Part shown: piece by piece, positions 1 to 13,649 of the stretch
Layout of the letters: every line of letters begins with the position of its first letter
How positions within the stretch are numbered: the first letter of the stretch is position 1
The notes under the pieces: model-generated
The model's input: the letters and a program-made list of their open reading frames with translations, nothing else
The model's database searches: none
What the model was told of the DNA's origin: nothing
Position numbers and translations under genes: made by a program
Origin: Lepidodermella squamata
Lineage: Eukaryota > Animalia > Gastrotricha
Direction of reading: 5' to 3'
NCBI GenBank assembly: GCA_047495785.1
Contig: JBLDXI010000019.1
Coordinates: forward strand, 3,286,001-3,350,000
DNA: 64,000 bases

Positions 1-66
1 TATTAGCGAAAGTTGGTTATACACATGTACAAAAGAGTCTAGTTTTAACGGGGGATTGAAGATCTT

Positions 67-804
67 TTACGCAGGACTTGGAGAAGCTGTCTTATGCCTG
101 CTCCATTTGAATGCTTGCTTGAATTTCCCCCAAAGATTACCGAAGAACCCCGGCTTCAAACATCGAACCGCCGGCTCGATACTCGCCTCAATCATGTAGA
201 CGAGTGCCGCAGCTTGAAAAAAGTCGGCTGTTATTAATTTCGGGCCGAGATCTTCAAAAAAAATCTGGAAGATGAAGACAAACAACAATGGCATCCGAAC
301 TACCAAATAGATAGCCATTGACACGGCAGTCTGCTTAGCAAAGAAAAGTTCGCGGGCTTGCCACTTATTATGCATGTTGCGAAGGGTGCAAGCTGCAGTT
401 TCGACGCTAGTCGCATCGGCATTCGAGCTACCACTGAAACGGAGCTTAAGGGATCGAAATTTTTTGAAAATTATCCTGCAAATAACAATGATCTTTTTAG
501 ACCACTTTTCGCAACCTGGAATTGCAATTTTGCTCACCAGTTATTTTTTGCGATGAAGTATCCCGGCATAGCCATCGTGGTAGTGAAGTAGACGAGATTA
601 AGCACGGTTGTGTCGTAATTACCCAGTCTATAACCAAAGCTAGAACATAGCGCTAGACTCGATCCATTGCTGACCCGGCAGCCGGGACTCGATCGTCGTG
701 CGTCCAAGATCGGTATACCAGCCGATGAAATAAGGCCTAGGCTTATCATCGCCATTGCTAGAAAAGTTTGCCAATATCCACGATTGACTCAAAGAACTAC
801 TCAT
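67..804 (-). pseudogene. Class A (rhodopsin-like) orphan GPCR pseudogene with ~500-bp internal deletion
   Basis: Close paralog of gene 3783-5014. ATG at 804 (MSSSLSQSWILANFSSNGDDKPRPYFIGWYTDLGRTT) is fused at ~675 directly, out of frame, to mid-exon-2 sequence (VSNGSSLALCSSFGYRLGNYD). Exon 3 (TM6-7) is retained. Confidence 0.85.
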
Positions 805-970
805 TTCTCATGACTTCAATTCTCTATTATATTTGCATTCATAAGCCTTTTGAGTGATAAAGTAACTGATGATCTCGCTTGAATGGCAGCAATTAGTCTA
901 TGTTATCTGAGATGTTGTCAATTATTGCTAAGACTCGAAACTATAATAGCTGAACTAATCGAAGCATGTA

Positions 971-1908
971 GGGTAAAGTGACCTAATGTGTCATAATTTC
1001 GCTACCTTTTTTTCGAGGCCCGATATCTACTCACCTGAGGGGTCCCGGCCCGATTTTTGTTGACAGGGACCTCAGTTAGGGTCTTGGCTTCGATAATCCG
1101 TCGAAAAAGTTCGACCCCGATGCCTATTGTGAGTGAGGCAGCTGGTGTTGTGACGCAAGAGACCGATTATGACAAATTAGGAGCCGGCGCCTATTTCGTC
1201 ATAATTTTTCGACCAACGGTCCTAATTGTCATAATGGGGTCTAGAGTTATTTTTTTGACCTGCCGTTATAGGATTAGGTAAATGCTCTATATTGTTTTTA
1301 ATCTAAATTTTATTGCTTTTTCGCTGTCAGAAGCACAATTTTTAGGAAATTTCTTCCAATTCGTAGTGATGTGATGACCCTTCAACTAAAATGCTCTGGT
1401 TAGAGTGCAATTTCTGTTTAGCTGTCATGAAAATAGGCTCCTATGCATGCTGTACATGCCGAATGGCCTTGGCCTAGTTTCCTAACACTAAATAAGGCTA
1501 AATAGGTCATCTAATATGCCTTATTTCGTTCTCGAACAGCTTAATTCGGTATCAGGAATTCTTTGGGGCATCCCTGGCTAGCAGAGGCCGACCATGTCAA
1601 ATTGGTATTGTTCGGAAATGACCCTATGGCGCTATCTCGAAACTAGTGAAACTGCAAATAAAACTGTACCTACCGAGTGCACTAAGATCCAAAGTTTTCG
1701 ATTCTGCCTCGATCTTAACGTAAATTTTGATGACGGATGGCATCAGCTTACCATGGTAGAGGAGCCAACCAATAGGATTTGGCATAATTTCCGTAGACTT
1801 GTCGATTATACTCAGACGAACTAAAACCCATTTAGGACCCCTCAGGTGAGTAGATATCGGCCTCGAAAAAAAGTAAGCGAAATTATGACACATTAGGTCA
1901 CTTTACCC
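971..1908. mobile_element. Non-autonomous TIR element (MITE), TA target duplication (Tc1/mariner-type)
   Basis: ~75-bp TIR GGGTAAAGTGACCTAATGTGTCATAATTTCGC... at 971 and its reverse complement ending 1908. TA at 969-970 and 1909-1910. Absent from the paralogous upstream region near 5180-5230. Confidence 0.9.
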
Positions 1909-3139
1909 TAGGCAAAGATGATTATCACCACTACTCATCAACTTCTCTCTCAAGCATTTCGTTGCGTTTGAAAGGCGCCGCTTTCGAAATGATCTATCCA
2001 ATGATCGGCTGAGCGCGGGCCATCAGATAAAGAAAAAACGGCATTTAATTAGCTGATTCCCATTGCGAGCGCAACGGTTTGCGAGAATAGCAATAATGGA
2101 AATACTGTCACCTGGTAGCGATAATATAAATAATATATGGGTATTGTAAAAAGGAACTTGGAAAAAACGGGATGGAATAGAAATAAGGTGCTATTACTCA
2201 TTGAACAAATTTACGACTGCGTGCTAATGGCTAAAGCTAGGTTCACGGACTCAGCGACAAGTGTCGCGTGATAACGCGGGTGTATCGCTCGAAAAAAGCG
2301 ACGCGACACACACAGATAGTCGCGCAGATAGTGTCGCGCGACAAAGTATAGTTGCGGCTCAATTCCGGATTCCGAGTTTAATATTGTAGTTCCGTCCGTC
2401 CGGTGTTTGATCTTGAGCGGGCGGGCGGTTTACTATTACATATATCATATATTAGCTTTCTTGCCTCCAACTTGCCCTAAAACAGGCGATTTTCAATTTC
2501 GCGACGCGACACGCGACAAAATCCATTGTTCTTTTTTTTGCCCGCTGTTGCGCAACGGCCGGCCAGCACAAGAGATTTTTCACTCTTTTCCTGAATAATT
2601 ATCCTCTATCGTAAAAATATTTCCTTTCGCCTTTATAAAAATATATAAACCAGCTGCCCTCTTCTGGGCGAAATGGCTTCTTAAATAAATAAATAAATAA
2701 ATAAATAGCGGGTGGCCCCTGGGCACTCAAACCAGTGGCGGCCCCTTTTTTCTTTAAAAACTTAAAAACACAAGAATCACAAGTTTTTACTAGTATGATC
2801 ACATAACAGAGCGAGTCACAGACGTCAGAAACGCTTTTTGCGGAATTTCAGCTGGACGAAGGTGTCGATGATGTTATTAATGTCAGGAGCTTTTAGTATA
2901 TCTGATTCTAATGCCAGCAGCATGAGGTTAATAAGTTTAGTTTGACCTGTCGCGATGAACGGAGGTCTCCAGACAAGCATTTTGGGACAAGATGAGACAA
3001 CTCTCACCTATGGGGCATGACGAACTTTCTCTCTTCAAGCATGACGTCCCATCTGTAAGGAGCGTCGGAAAGAAATATATAAATCGGCTTCTGTGCAACA
3101 CCCCGCTGAATTTTCACCAGAGAGATTGAGCGTTCGATA

Positions 3140-3632
3140 TCTGTTAGCAGCTCCGATGCTGAGCTCGTCAGACGCACAATGCTCATCGTTTAGGACGAAG
3201 GACCCATGATGAGTCGGTGCACTATGAAAGCTGTAAACAGAACACTCCAAGACATCCGGAAGAACGACGTCCTTTTTAGTGGTAAGGTTACTTCCAACTC
3301 ATTTCTCCTTTAATAATACGTTGCTCACCGGGATTACGACGGTTATCGGCGGCAGTGCTTGCCTGTTTTACCAAAAGGCGATCGTCATAAAATCGTCGGG
3401 CAGTCTCTTTCCCGATCAGTTTTCTGGCATCGTGTGAAACAACTTACGCTGAGTCGAAACATGCGCGTCGTTACCGACACTGCCGTTGCCTCTTTCGCAC
3501 CGTGGTTGCTGACGGTTGGTGACAGTGTCGCTAAGAGACCTGATCAACAGCATCCTGATACCATTTCCCTCCCGGATCCGATTAAGTCTGTCGACAGGCT
3601 GTCGGACCTGATTATCTCCATTTATGGTGATG
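3140..3632 (+). mobile_element. Degenerate Helitron Pif1-like helicase fragment
   Basis: Translates to LIV*DEGPMMSRCTMKAVNRTLQDIRKNDVLFSGK ... RQCLPVLPKG...SLSRSVFWHRVKQLTLSRNMR...FAPWLLTVGD, matching Pif1/Helitron motifs (IWDEAPM, FGGK, GDFRQ.LPV, L..NMR, WLL.IGDG). In-frame stop present. Confidence 0.8.
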
Positions 3633-3782
3633 AGAAAAGTGGTACCGGAAAGCCTTTTGAAACGATTATTACTGATATATCCAATAAACAAGTACACCTC
3701 AATTCCTTTATTGGCAAACTTTGGTCATATAATAGTACAAAAGACTTTATTTTTATTTTTGATTTATGTATTAGAATTTTTT

Positions 3783-5014
3783 TTACGCAGGACTTTGAAT
3801 TGTCTGATGCCTGCTCAATCCAAATGCTTTCTTGAATTTCCCGCAAAGATTATCGTAGAATCCTGGCTTCACACATCGAACCGCTGGCTCGATACTCGCC
3901 TCAATCATGTAGACGAGTATTGAAGCCTGAACAACGTCGGCTGTTATCAATTTCGGGCCGAGATCTTCGAATAAAATCAGGAAGATGAAAACACAAAACA
4001 TTGGCATCCTAACTACCAAATAGATAGCTAATGACACGACAGTCTGCTTAGCAAAAAAGAGTTCGCGGGCTTGCCAGTTATCATGCATGTTACGAAGGGT
4101 GCTAGCTGCAGTTTCGACGCTAGCCGTATCAGCATTTGGGCTAACACTAAAGCGGCGTTTGAGGGATCGAAATTTTTTGAAAATCATCCTTCAAATAAAA
4201 ATAACTTTCTTTACTGCTTTTCGAAATCGGCAATTTCAACTGCTTACCAATTATTTTTTGCGATAACGTATCCCGGCACTGCCATCGTGGTAGAGTAGTA
4301 GGCGAGATTAAGAAAAGTAGTGTCGTAATTCCCCAGTCTATAACCAAAGCTAGAGCACAGCGCTATACTCGATCCATTGCTGACTCCAGGAATTGCGACA
4401 TTCTCCAGGCTGAAGACCTTCATCGGGTAGAAAAATATTGTTGACCAAAGCAGGCTGCTTAAAAAGAGTCCGCATACGGCGAGAAGGGCTACCTGCTTTG
4501 TTATTATGATTAGGAAATTTATCATATGAAATATGGAATTTCTTACGCGTTTTGAATTTGCTGAAGACGCGCGTCCATCTGACATGAGACACAGCCGCCT
4601 TTCATAGGTGATTAGCATGAACAGCCAGGGCGCATTGGAGCCGATGAGATACATGAGAAATTGCAAAACTAAGCAAGTTTCAGCGCTTCCATCTTGCCAA
4701 GAACCTGACTTCAGGTTAAGTCCGATTAATATTGTGTAAATAACTGCATTTATAGAACTTGCGCCTCCGAGGAGAGAAATCAAGATCAAGAAATCGCGAC
4801 GGACTCCTCTTTGGTAGTAGACAACGGAGTTCCATACGCTGGCGACAATTGCGAGTAAAGACGCTATTGCAAAGGCCAGGAAAAACGGCAGCCGGAACTC
4901 GATGGTCGTGCGTCCAAGATCGGTATACCAGCCGATGAAATAAGGCCTTGGCTTATCATCGCCATTGCTGGTAAAGTTTGCCAGAATCCACGATTTACTC
5001 CAAGAGATATTCAT
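3783..5014 (-). CDS. Class A orphan 7TM GPCR, 372 aa, 3 exons (5014-4547, 4492-4248, 4188-3783)
   Basis: Seven hydrophobic segments, TM3 Cys and YERRLC (DRY-equivalent), ECL2 Cys, TM7 SIEP. GT-AG introns restore an open frame of 1119 nt. Confidence 0.9.
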
Positions 5015-5439
5015 CTCTTATGGCAGTACTTATTCTTTATTTTATTGAATGATGAAGTAGTTGTAAGATCTCGCTCAAATATTAAAAAGTAGTTCATGAC
5101 GTTATCTGAGATGTTGAAAATCAATGCAACGTGTCGGAACGCTACTAACTAACTAACTATGTTTACTAACTTTACTGAACTTCGAAGCATTGGTAAGCTT
5201 ATAATCATCACCGCTCACTACTCATCTTTTCCTCTTCCATGCATTTCCATACCCTTGGAAATCAATACTTATTCGGCTAAGACAAAGATGAGATAGCTAA
5301 TGAGCTCATGGAAAGAGAAGTTTCGAACTGCGACTTGCTAGCCAAATTTCTAGGATATGAAAGCAGGGAACTTGGGGAATTAAGAATTAGGGCACACTAA
5401 GTTGGTTTTTTTTTAGAGTTGAAAGTTCGGATGAATGTT

Positions 5440-6686
5440 TCAGTGCAGGACTGTTAAGCAGATGGATTCTGCCTTTTCCGTTTGAATATAGCCAATAATC
5501 TGCCGATTTTTTACCTTGATGAAGCCATCGAAAGTTTCCTGGCTCAAGCAGCGAAGGGCAGGACTAATGCTACACTCGAGCGTGTACACCAGTGCCAAAG
5601 ACTGATAAACATCTGCTGTTATCAGCTGTGGCCCGAGGTCATTGAAAAATATTCCCAGTACCAGCATGACGATAACAGGAAAACGGGCTGTGAAATACAA
5701 AGCCAGCGAAATCAAAGTTTGCTTTAGAAAGAACAGCTCGCGGACTTTCCAAGCCTCATGAATGGCTGCGGTGGTACCACCCGATGAGCTGGAAGAACCA
5801 ACATCGGAAATACGGGGACCAAGCCTACCCCAGCTAGTAGTTCTCCGCTTTAATGATCTGAAAATGAGCCTGAAATGGGGCGTTAAGACTGAGAGTAAGA
5901 AAAAAGCACGCTTTTACCAGTTATTGTAGAATATGAAGTAACCAGGGACTCCAACGACCACAGTGTAGTATGCAACAAGTAATAGACTTGTATCATAATC
6001 TCCCAGACGGATTCCAAAGACGCTGCACAATCCTATGGCTGAGTCGTTGTTCAACCCTGATACAACGATATATCGCAATGAATAAGCCTGGAATGGGTAA
6101 AAGTACAGCGTTGACCAAATTAGAACATACATGACCACACAGCAATGGTAGCAAGCACAATCTGCATTAAATAAAACATTTTAACACTTTTAAAAGGAAA
6201 GGAGTTTACTCTTTTCGAATTCACTGATCGAGCATGTCCATCAGATGACAGGCAGAGTCTTCTTTCGTAGCTTATAAGCATATACAGCCATGGGGTCATC
6301 GAACCAGTGAAAACGATGCTAAACTGAAGAAAAGAACAAGCGACGTAGCCGGCCTCCCAAAATCCAGTATTAAGGTCGAGACCAAACAAAATCGCATAGA
6401 CTACGGCTAGCAGCGAATTCGATGCTCCCAAAGCCGAAATTAAGACAAGGAAGTCCCGGCGAACTCCTCGCTTGTAATAAACCACCGAGTTCCCTATGCT
6501 TGCGGCAGATGCTAGAATAGTTGCGCTGATGAACAGAATTAACATCGGCATTCGAGATTCCGCGCTCCTTCGGCCGAGGTTGTGATACCATCCAATGAAG
6601 TAAGGCCTCGGCCTCACGTCACCATTCTCTGTTATGTTCGCTAAGACCCACGAGCGCCCGATGCTGTGTAAACCTGAATAATTCAT
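5440..6686 (-). pseudogene. Class A orphan GPCR, probable pseudogene (1-nt deletion early in exon 2)
   Basis: Exons 6686-6210, 6161-5918, 5869-5440. Exon 2 is 244 nt versus 245 in the intact paralogs, giving IVLATIAVWSCMF*. Could also be a sequencing error. Confidence 0.75.
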
Positions 6687-7624
6687 CACGTTCGGACTTT
6701 TTATTTTGATTAAAACCTTCACTTTTCGCTCTAGTATCTTTGACACAAATTAGACACGTTTCCAATTAGGTTTCGAGATCGCAGTGCTGCACAGATGTGG
6801 CGCCTACAGGCATTTCCCAGACAGGCAATGTGTGTTGAAAAGATAAAATGTCCTTTGGTATCATTTACGTTAGGTGAAAAAATAAAGCTTTATATTTAAT
6901 TAATATACCGTATCTTCTCGAAGAGCATCGAAGCAGCGAAGACAAAACATAACTCATATTTCATTCATTCTTTCATATATCGCATAATATATATCGATCA
7001 ACGTGTGCGAATGTAAAAGCTTTTCGTAATGAACCTCTACAACTTATAGTTTGATGTAAACCCTTCTACATTTCCACACGAAGCGATTGAACTGTTAGGG
7101 ATGATCCCCACCGTCCCTAGCGATATTTCGCTCTCCAAGCTCAACGATCTCAGCTCAGAGAAAGACACAAGCCTGACTTTACTAAAACCAAACTAAACCC
7201 TGCTGGAATTACCGATGACTTTATTACTAGGTATTATTATTTTTTTGATCAATTCAAGACAATCATATAGCATTTCTACATAGCTTCCATCATCTTTTGT
7301 TATAAACGTTGAGCTTTAATCTTAGCATCATACAGAATGGTTCATTGCCAAAACTACAAGAAGGAGGGGTTATAAGCTCGACCTTATAAGCTTAGAACAG
7401 AATTAGTGATTCGCAGAAATGTTTTTCTGTGTTGTCGCAAATTTTTCCGCTTCTGTGCAGCTGCATCTCTTTTATCTAGCCATCATTCAAGATTCAGGAT
7501 GCGATTGGATGACGCTATATTATGATGGATCTTTATTCCTGAGATCCTATATTTACCCCCTGATATTCAATGAAGTTCAAAAAAATCGGTCATCAGTAAT
7601 AAGAGGCTACCAGGCTTTTCAAAT

Positions 7625-8871
7625 TCAAACTGCCACAGTCTGACTGATCCGTTTACATACGAAAAACCATCTGCCAATTTTTAACTTGAATAAATCTCTG
7701 AAAAACCCAGGCCTCAGGCTACGAAGGGCTGGGCTGATGCTGCACTCCAACGTGTAAACCAGCACTAAAGACTGGTAAACGTCGGCTCTGATAAACTTCG
7801 GCCCAATGTCGTCGAAAAACATCGCCAATACTAGAACAATGACAACAGGAAAACGGGCTGTGAAGTACAGTGCTAGAGAAATCAGAGTTTGTTTCACAAA
7901 GAACAGCTCCCGTGTCTGCCATCTAGTTCGAATTTGACCAGCTGAAGATTTGGAAGGGTCCGCAGGAGATACTCTGCTTCTCAGCCTACGCGATCGGCGT
8001 GAGCTTCGCATCATATATCGAAACTTTCTTAATATGAGCCTGCAACATAACAGAGGTTAAGGCGGCTTAATTTCAGTTAAATAATAACTCCACACCAGTT
8101 ATTGTAGATTGCGAGACAACCGGGAACACAAACGACGATGGCGTAGTAAACAAGGAGTAAACTATTTGTATCATAGTTTCCGAGACGATGGCCAAATACA
8201 CTACACAATGGAACAGCCGTGCCGTTGTTCAACCCGGGAACAAAGACTTCTCTCATGGAAAACGTTTGAAACGGATAGAAGAACAAAGTTGACCACATTA
8301 ATACATAAAGAAGCATCCCCACAATGGCAGCAATTACAATCTGTGATTCGGAACGAATTTAGACCTTATTCAGGACGGGAAAAAAGGATCTTACTCTTTT
8401 GGAATGTTTTGCAGAACCATACTCACCGGAGAACAAGCAAAGTCGCCTCTCGTAGCTTATCAGCATATAAAGCCACAAACCAAATGATCCAGTTGAAATC
8501 ATGCAAAACTGCAATGCCGTACACGCTGCATTTCCAGCATCCCAAAATCCAGTCTTAACAGTGAGCCCAATCAAAGCTGTGAAAAGGGCGGCTAGCAATG
8601 AGTTTGCAGCGCCTAAAATCGAAATCAGCACGAGCAAGTCCCGGCGAACACCTCGCTTGTAATAAACCACTGAGTTCCATAGGCTTGCGGCAGTTACCAG
8701 AATTGTTGCGATGACGAACAGAACAAACATTGGCATTCGAGATTCAAGACTCGTCAGTCCGAGATTGTGGTACCATCCAACGAAGTATGGTCTGGGCTTC
8801 TCATCGCCGTTTTCTGTCAGGTTTGCAAGAACCCATGATCGTCCAATGCTATCTAGAAAAGAAAGATTCAT
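7625..8871 (-). CDS. Class A orphan 7TM GPCR, 378 aa, 3 exons (8871-8395, 8340-8096, 8039-7625)
   Basis: Same motifs (PRPYFVGWY, GVRRD, YERRLCL, LGNYD, WQTRELFF, SISP) and intron positions as the paralogs. Open frame of 1137 nt. Confidence 0.9.
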
Positions 8872-9709
8872 CGCATGCCTTTTGATCGCATGACTGGGAT
8901 GATTTCAGCACCTTATTGTAATAACACTCGAAGTCCAGCCCTCTGCGAGGGAATAAGTCACTTTTTCAATCAGCAACTCGTCAGCTGACTATTCATTAGT
9001 ATTGCTCTTAATACATATTTTATACTTATTTTTTGGATTTACACAATTTTCCCTAAAATGTATTGCCCGCGATCAATTAAGTTCCGCGTAACGATAATTT
9101 TCTTTCAGTACGATATTGCATTTTAGATGGTATCGTCATTAATGAGAAGCGACAGCGAACAACGTTGCTTCAGTTTGTTATAAGGTACAGAGAGAATTCG
9201 GCTAAAATGCCGGGGCAAGAATCATTGCATGTTTTCGAAAATGCCACTGCCAGTAATAAACCCTTGTCTCTAATAATTATACTTAAAAACAATAGGGCTT
9301 AGAGAAATGGGTTATTTATATTTTTATTCATAATTGATCACAGATCACAGTAAAAAATGGTTTTCGCATCAAAGTACCTATGGAAAGCTCCTAATGCATA
9401 CCTGGGCTTTTTAATTGTTGACAAGTAGATCAACTTTGACGAAAAGCTTTGCACTCGCTTAATAAGATCTGTCATCTTCGAGGCAGCATTCCATCTCAAT
9501 TTCGCAATTTCGTCCAGTTTACACGCGCACCTTTACCTAATGATTCAGAACAGTATATCCTCATTGCTACGATTTGTTGACGAACAGTTTCCGATAATGC
9601 TCAACACATTCTCTAGACAAAGGAAATCAGAGGTGCACCAAATTCACTGAACTCGAATTATTTATTCATATCAGTTTCACGTAATAGCAGCCTTGTTACG
9701 CAATACTTT

Positions 9710-10949
9710 TCACGCTTGAGTGACAGCATTCCGTTTAAAAGGCAATTTCATCCTATCTATAAATTTGCCAAAAAAACCGGGCTTCAAACTTCGAACCGCT
9801 GGTTCAATACTCGCCTCGATCATGTATATCAGCACAGCAGCTTGATATACATCAGCAGTTACCAATTTCGGGCCAAGATCTTCGAAAAACACGAGGAGAA
9901 CGAAAACAACCAACAGCGGCATGCGAACTGTCGAATAAATCAGCAAAGACAGGAGCGTTTGCTTAGCGAAAAACAATTCGCGGGTTTGCCAGCTTTCCTG
10001 CATCACATTCCGCATTGTGCTCGTTGTTTGAGCAGTATCCACGCTTGTCGCATCTAACTTTGAAGCATTTGCGAACCGTAGTTTAATGGATCGAAATTTC
10101 ATAAAAATAACCCTGTCAACGTTGGGCGTTGGGTTAATTTGACTGACTCGTTTAAAAAAAAATCTTACCAATTATTCCTAGCAATAGCGTATCCTGGCAA
10201 GCCGATGGCTACTGTGTAGTAAATCAAGTTCAGCAATGTCGTATCGTAGTTTCCCAACCTATAGCCGAAGGTAGAGCACAGCGGTACACTCGATCTGTTG
10301 TTTGATCCTGGAATAACGACTAGCTGCAGGCTAAAGGCTTGTATCGGATAGAAGAATATAGTTGTCCATAGCAGCGAGCAAAATAGCAGACCTACGATTG
10401 CAAGTATAGCGACCTGAGTGTAAAATTTAGATTTTGAAAAATATGCCTCAGCTTTACCTCAAGAAGAAGTTATGTTCTCACCCTTTTCGAATTAGCAGTA
10501 GAAGCAAGTCCATCAGACATGAGACACATGCGCCTTTCGTAACTGATCAGCATGAAAAGCCACGGTGTGTATGAGCCACAGAGATACATGAAAAATTGCA
10601 ACAAGAGACAAGTTTGCTGATCAGCTTTCCAATAGCCCAATTCAACGTTGAGGCCCATTATAATTGCGTAAATAACTGCTACTATAGAACTTGCGCCACC
10701 AAGCAGTGAAATCAGGATCAAGAAGTCGCGACGGACTGCCCTTTTGTAGTAGAGGACGGAGTTACAAATGCTAGCGACGACAGCAAGCAGGGAAGCAATG
10801 ACGTAGACGATGAAAATCTCGAGCCGCGACTCGACCGTGTCACGGCCGAAGTCATTATACCAGCCGATGAAATAGTTTCTGGTCCTATCGTCGCCATTGC
10901 TCGAAAAGTTCGCAAGAATCCATGACGTGCCTAATGAATGGTTCGGCAT
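9710..10949 (-). CDS. Class A orphan 7TM GPCR, 371 aa, 3 exons (10949-10482, 10413-10169, 10112-9710)
   Basis: Paralog motifs, GT-AG introns, open frame of 1116 nt. Confidence 0.9.
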
Positions 10950-11637
10950 GCTTGTATCTCTCTCAATTTTCAGAAATGCATGCCTTTCTGACGGAATCTT
11001 CTATAGGGCGAGAAAGTTAGTTTGTCCATGCTGTTCTCGATGTAATTTGAGCTGAAGTGGGATTGATCAATGCATTCGACTTGATAACTTTGTAATATAA
11101 GCGGGAAAATTTATACTCTTCTATTGCATCAAGCCGATGTCGAAAGATGTGTCATGGCAAAGTTTCTACGTCAGAACAGGCTCCGCGTTTTAGGTGAAGA
11201 AACTAATTTGCTACGAAAATTAATCACGGTACTAAGAAGATGCATGGAATTCTTGAGATATGAAACCCCTACTTTCAAATCATTTGTCACAAAATCGTCA
11301 TCGTCTCACAGCACTCCTCGCATGATCGGTCAAAGGCAATCACGAGCTGTTAACTGTTAACGTGAAACCTCCCTCACAAACTGGCAATAGTCTTACATAC
11401 ACTATAAACTGAGAAAATAATGACAAGAGCTCCAGTTAGATGAATGGGACAGAATCTTCCTTTTGCCCTCACTGCACAGTACACCACTATAGAAAATTCG
11501 AACAGAAAATAATCTGCTACGCTATCTGCGATCCGCGCGTTATTCCAGGGCTTAAGGTCTGCCAAACCCGATAACCAACATTCACCAATCTAGATTGCCC
11601 TTGAAATGGGTCGACTTTACATATTAAGCTACTGAAT

Positions 11638-12958
11638 TTACACAACAAAGCGTCTCTTGAAGATTACGCCGACGATTCGACTCATTTTCCAGTTATCGAA
11701 ATATCCTGGTCTCATACTTCGTATCAGCGGGCTGATGCTGGCTTCGATCAAATAGATTAGCACTGATATTTTATGAATTTCAGCTGTTACCAGCTCGGGC
11801 CCGATTCCGTCGAAGAAGATCTCGAAAATGAACACGAACATCAGTGGAACGCGAGCTGTTACATAGACAGCAAGCGACAACAGCGACTGCCTTGCGAAAA
11901 ATAGCTCGCGATTCTGCCAGTTCACTCGGATTCGTCGCATTGAGCCAGATTTAGAGTTCGCGGTATCAAGCGAGCTATTCGTGAAGAAAGTCGCGCTTAT
12001 GAACCTAAATCTTTTGAAGATCACCCTGTAAACAGACATGGACAATTTTCGAAGTTCTGATTTGCAAGAAAACTGACCAATTATTCCTTGCGATCATAGC
12101 ACATGGGATGCTCATGGCCAAGGAGTAGTAAACGAGCATGAGTATGTTAGTATCGTAGTTGCCTAGAGGAAAGCCAAAGCCTCCGCAGAGCATGACAGCT
12201 GAAGCGTTGTTCAACGCTGGAACAAGGATTCGATGAGCGCTGAACATCGTGAATGGATAAAAAGCAAGGGTGGACCACATTGCAGCGCAGATCAGCGGGC
12301 CGATCAGGGCCATCAGTACCAACTGCAAGATCAAAAATCAAACGCTGGTTACCAAGTTATTCACACTTTTTATCGCGATTGTTTTTATCTGATAGCTTCA
12401 TGCTTCTTGAGAAACGAATTGCACTCTAAATCTTCCGGTTTTGATGATCTTCCGATCTAGGTTATTTGCTAGATTTCAAATTACCCGTTTCTTGCTGTAA
12501 GCTGAGTTTATCCCATCAGACATCAAACAAAGCCGTCGCTCAAAGCTGATCAACATGTAGAACCATGGCGTCGAGGATCCGCTTACAATCATAACCCATT
12601 GAATTATTCCACAGCTCAAGGTATCACCAGGCCATAATCCTGTCCTCAGGTGTTGGCCAACCATCGTCGTGTAGAGTATCGCTGAGACTGAATTTGAGCC
12701 TCCTAGAAACCTATCTAGAACAAGAAAATCCCGGCGAATCCCTCGTTTGTAGCTAACAATGGCGTTCCAGATATCAGCGACGAGAGAAAGGACGGACGCG
12801 ATTACAAATGCGAGAAATAGTGGCAGTCTGCTTTCAACGCTTGACTTGCTTAGGTCATTGTACCATCCGAGGAAGTAAGGCCTTGGCTGTTGGTCACCGT
12901 GTTCGGGTAACTGGGCCATAACCCAGGATGAACCAATTGATTCGGTCAAGTTAATCAT
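11638..12958 (-). CDS. Class A orphan 7TM GPCR, 368 aa, 3 exons (12958-12485, 12322-12078, 12025-11638)
   Basis: Paralog motifs (FERRLCL), GT-AG introns, open frame of 1107 nt. Confidence 0.9.
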
Positions 12959-13467
12959 TCAAACCAGAAGCGTCTACAGTATGCAAAACACAATGATTGA
13001 TTCGAATTGAAATGTTAAATAACATTCCATACCACTGTATTCCACGATAAGAACGCCTTTAGTACTAGCGAAAATCCTAGCATTCCTAGTTGGTCAGGCT
13101 GCCGAGTATCCACATTTTCATAACTTATAGTTTCAAAGAGGATAATTTGACCTCTATTACCACAGATGATCTTAATAGCGAAATTCGAAGGAATATTTAT
13201 TATTGAATCGGAGGAACTTGAACATGCTAAGATGTCTGTGGCGATCGCATTGTCTTTTTGGCCTAGTGCCTGCTAATTGATTTTAGTGCTGCTTGGTTTT
13301 AACGAACACTCGTGACTTGCAAAACACATACTTGCGGTGGCGTAAGCGTGTTTTAATTAGTAGGATCGAAGCATAACTTTAGGTCGCGCACACGAAGCTC
13401 GAATTTTAGAAATAATTCGATTATAAGGGTCTTATAGAACGGTATAGAACGAACTGGAATCGAAGTA

Positions 13468-13570
13468 AGTGGTTCCGGCGTTGGAACGGGTTCCTAACAC
13501 AAAACTACGAATCGCGAACCAACCTTGCTGAGGGCTTCTGTTTAGAACCGGTTCCAGCGCCGGAACCACT
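13468..13570. mobile_element. Tiny (~103 bp) TA-flanked MITE
   Basis: AGTGGTTCCGGCGTTGGAACGGGTTC ... GAACCGGTTCCAGCGCCGGAACCACT imperfect inverted termini, TA on both sides. Only the right half survives in copy B (~49037-49064). Confidence 0.7.
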
Positions 13571-13649
13571 TAGTCAGTTGACTCGCTTCTGCCGACTTCG
13601 GAACTATGATCGCCCAGCACCATCCCAGCATTCAGCCATTCAACACCTA

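Noticed and set aside
2250-2520. Cluster of GCGAC/GTCGC motifs as transposon subterminal repeats
   Set aside because: Suggestive, but I could not find matching TIRs or a TSD to define an element.
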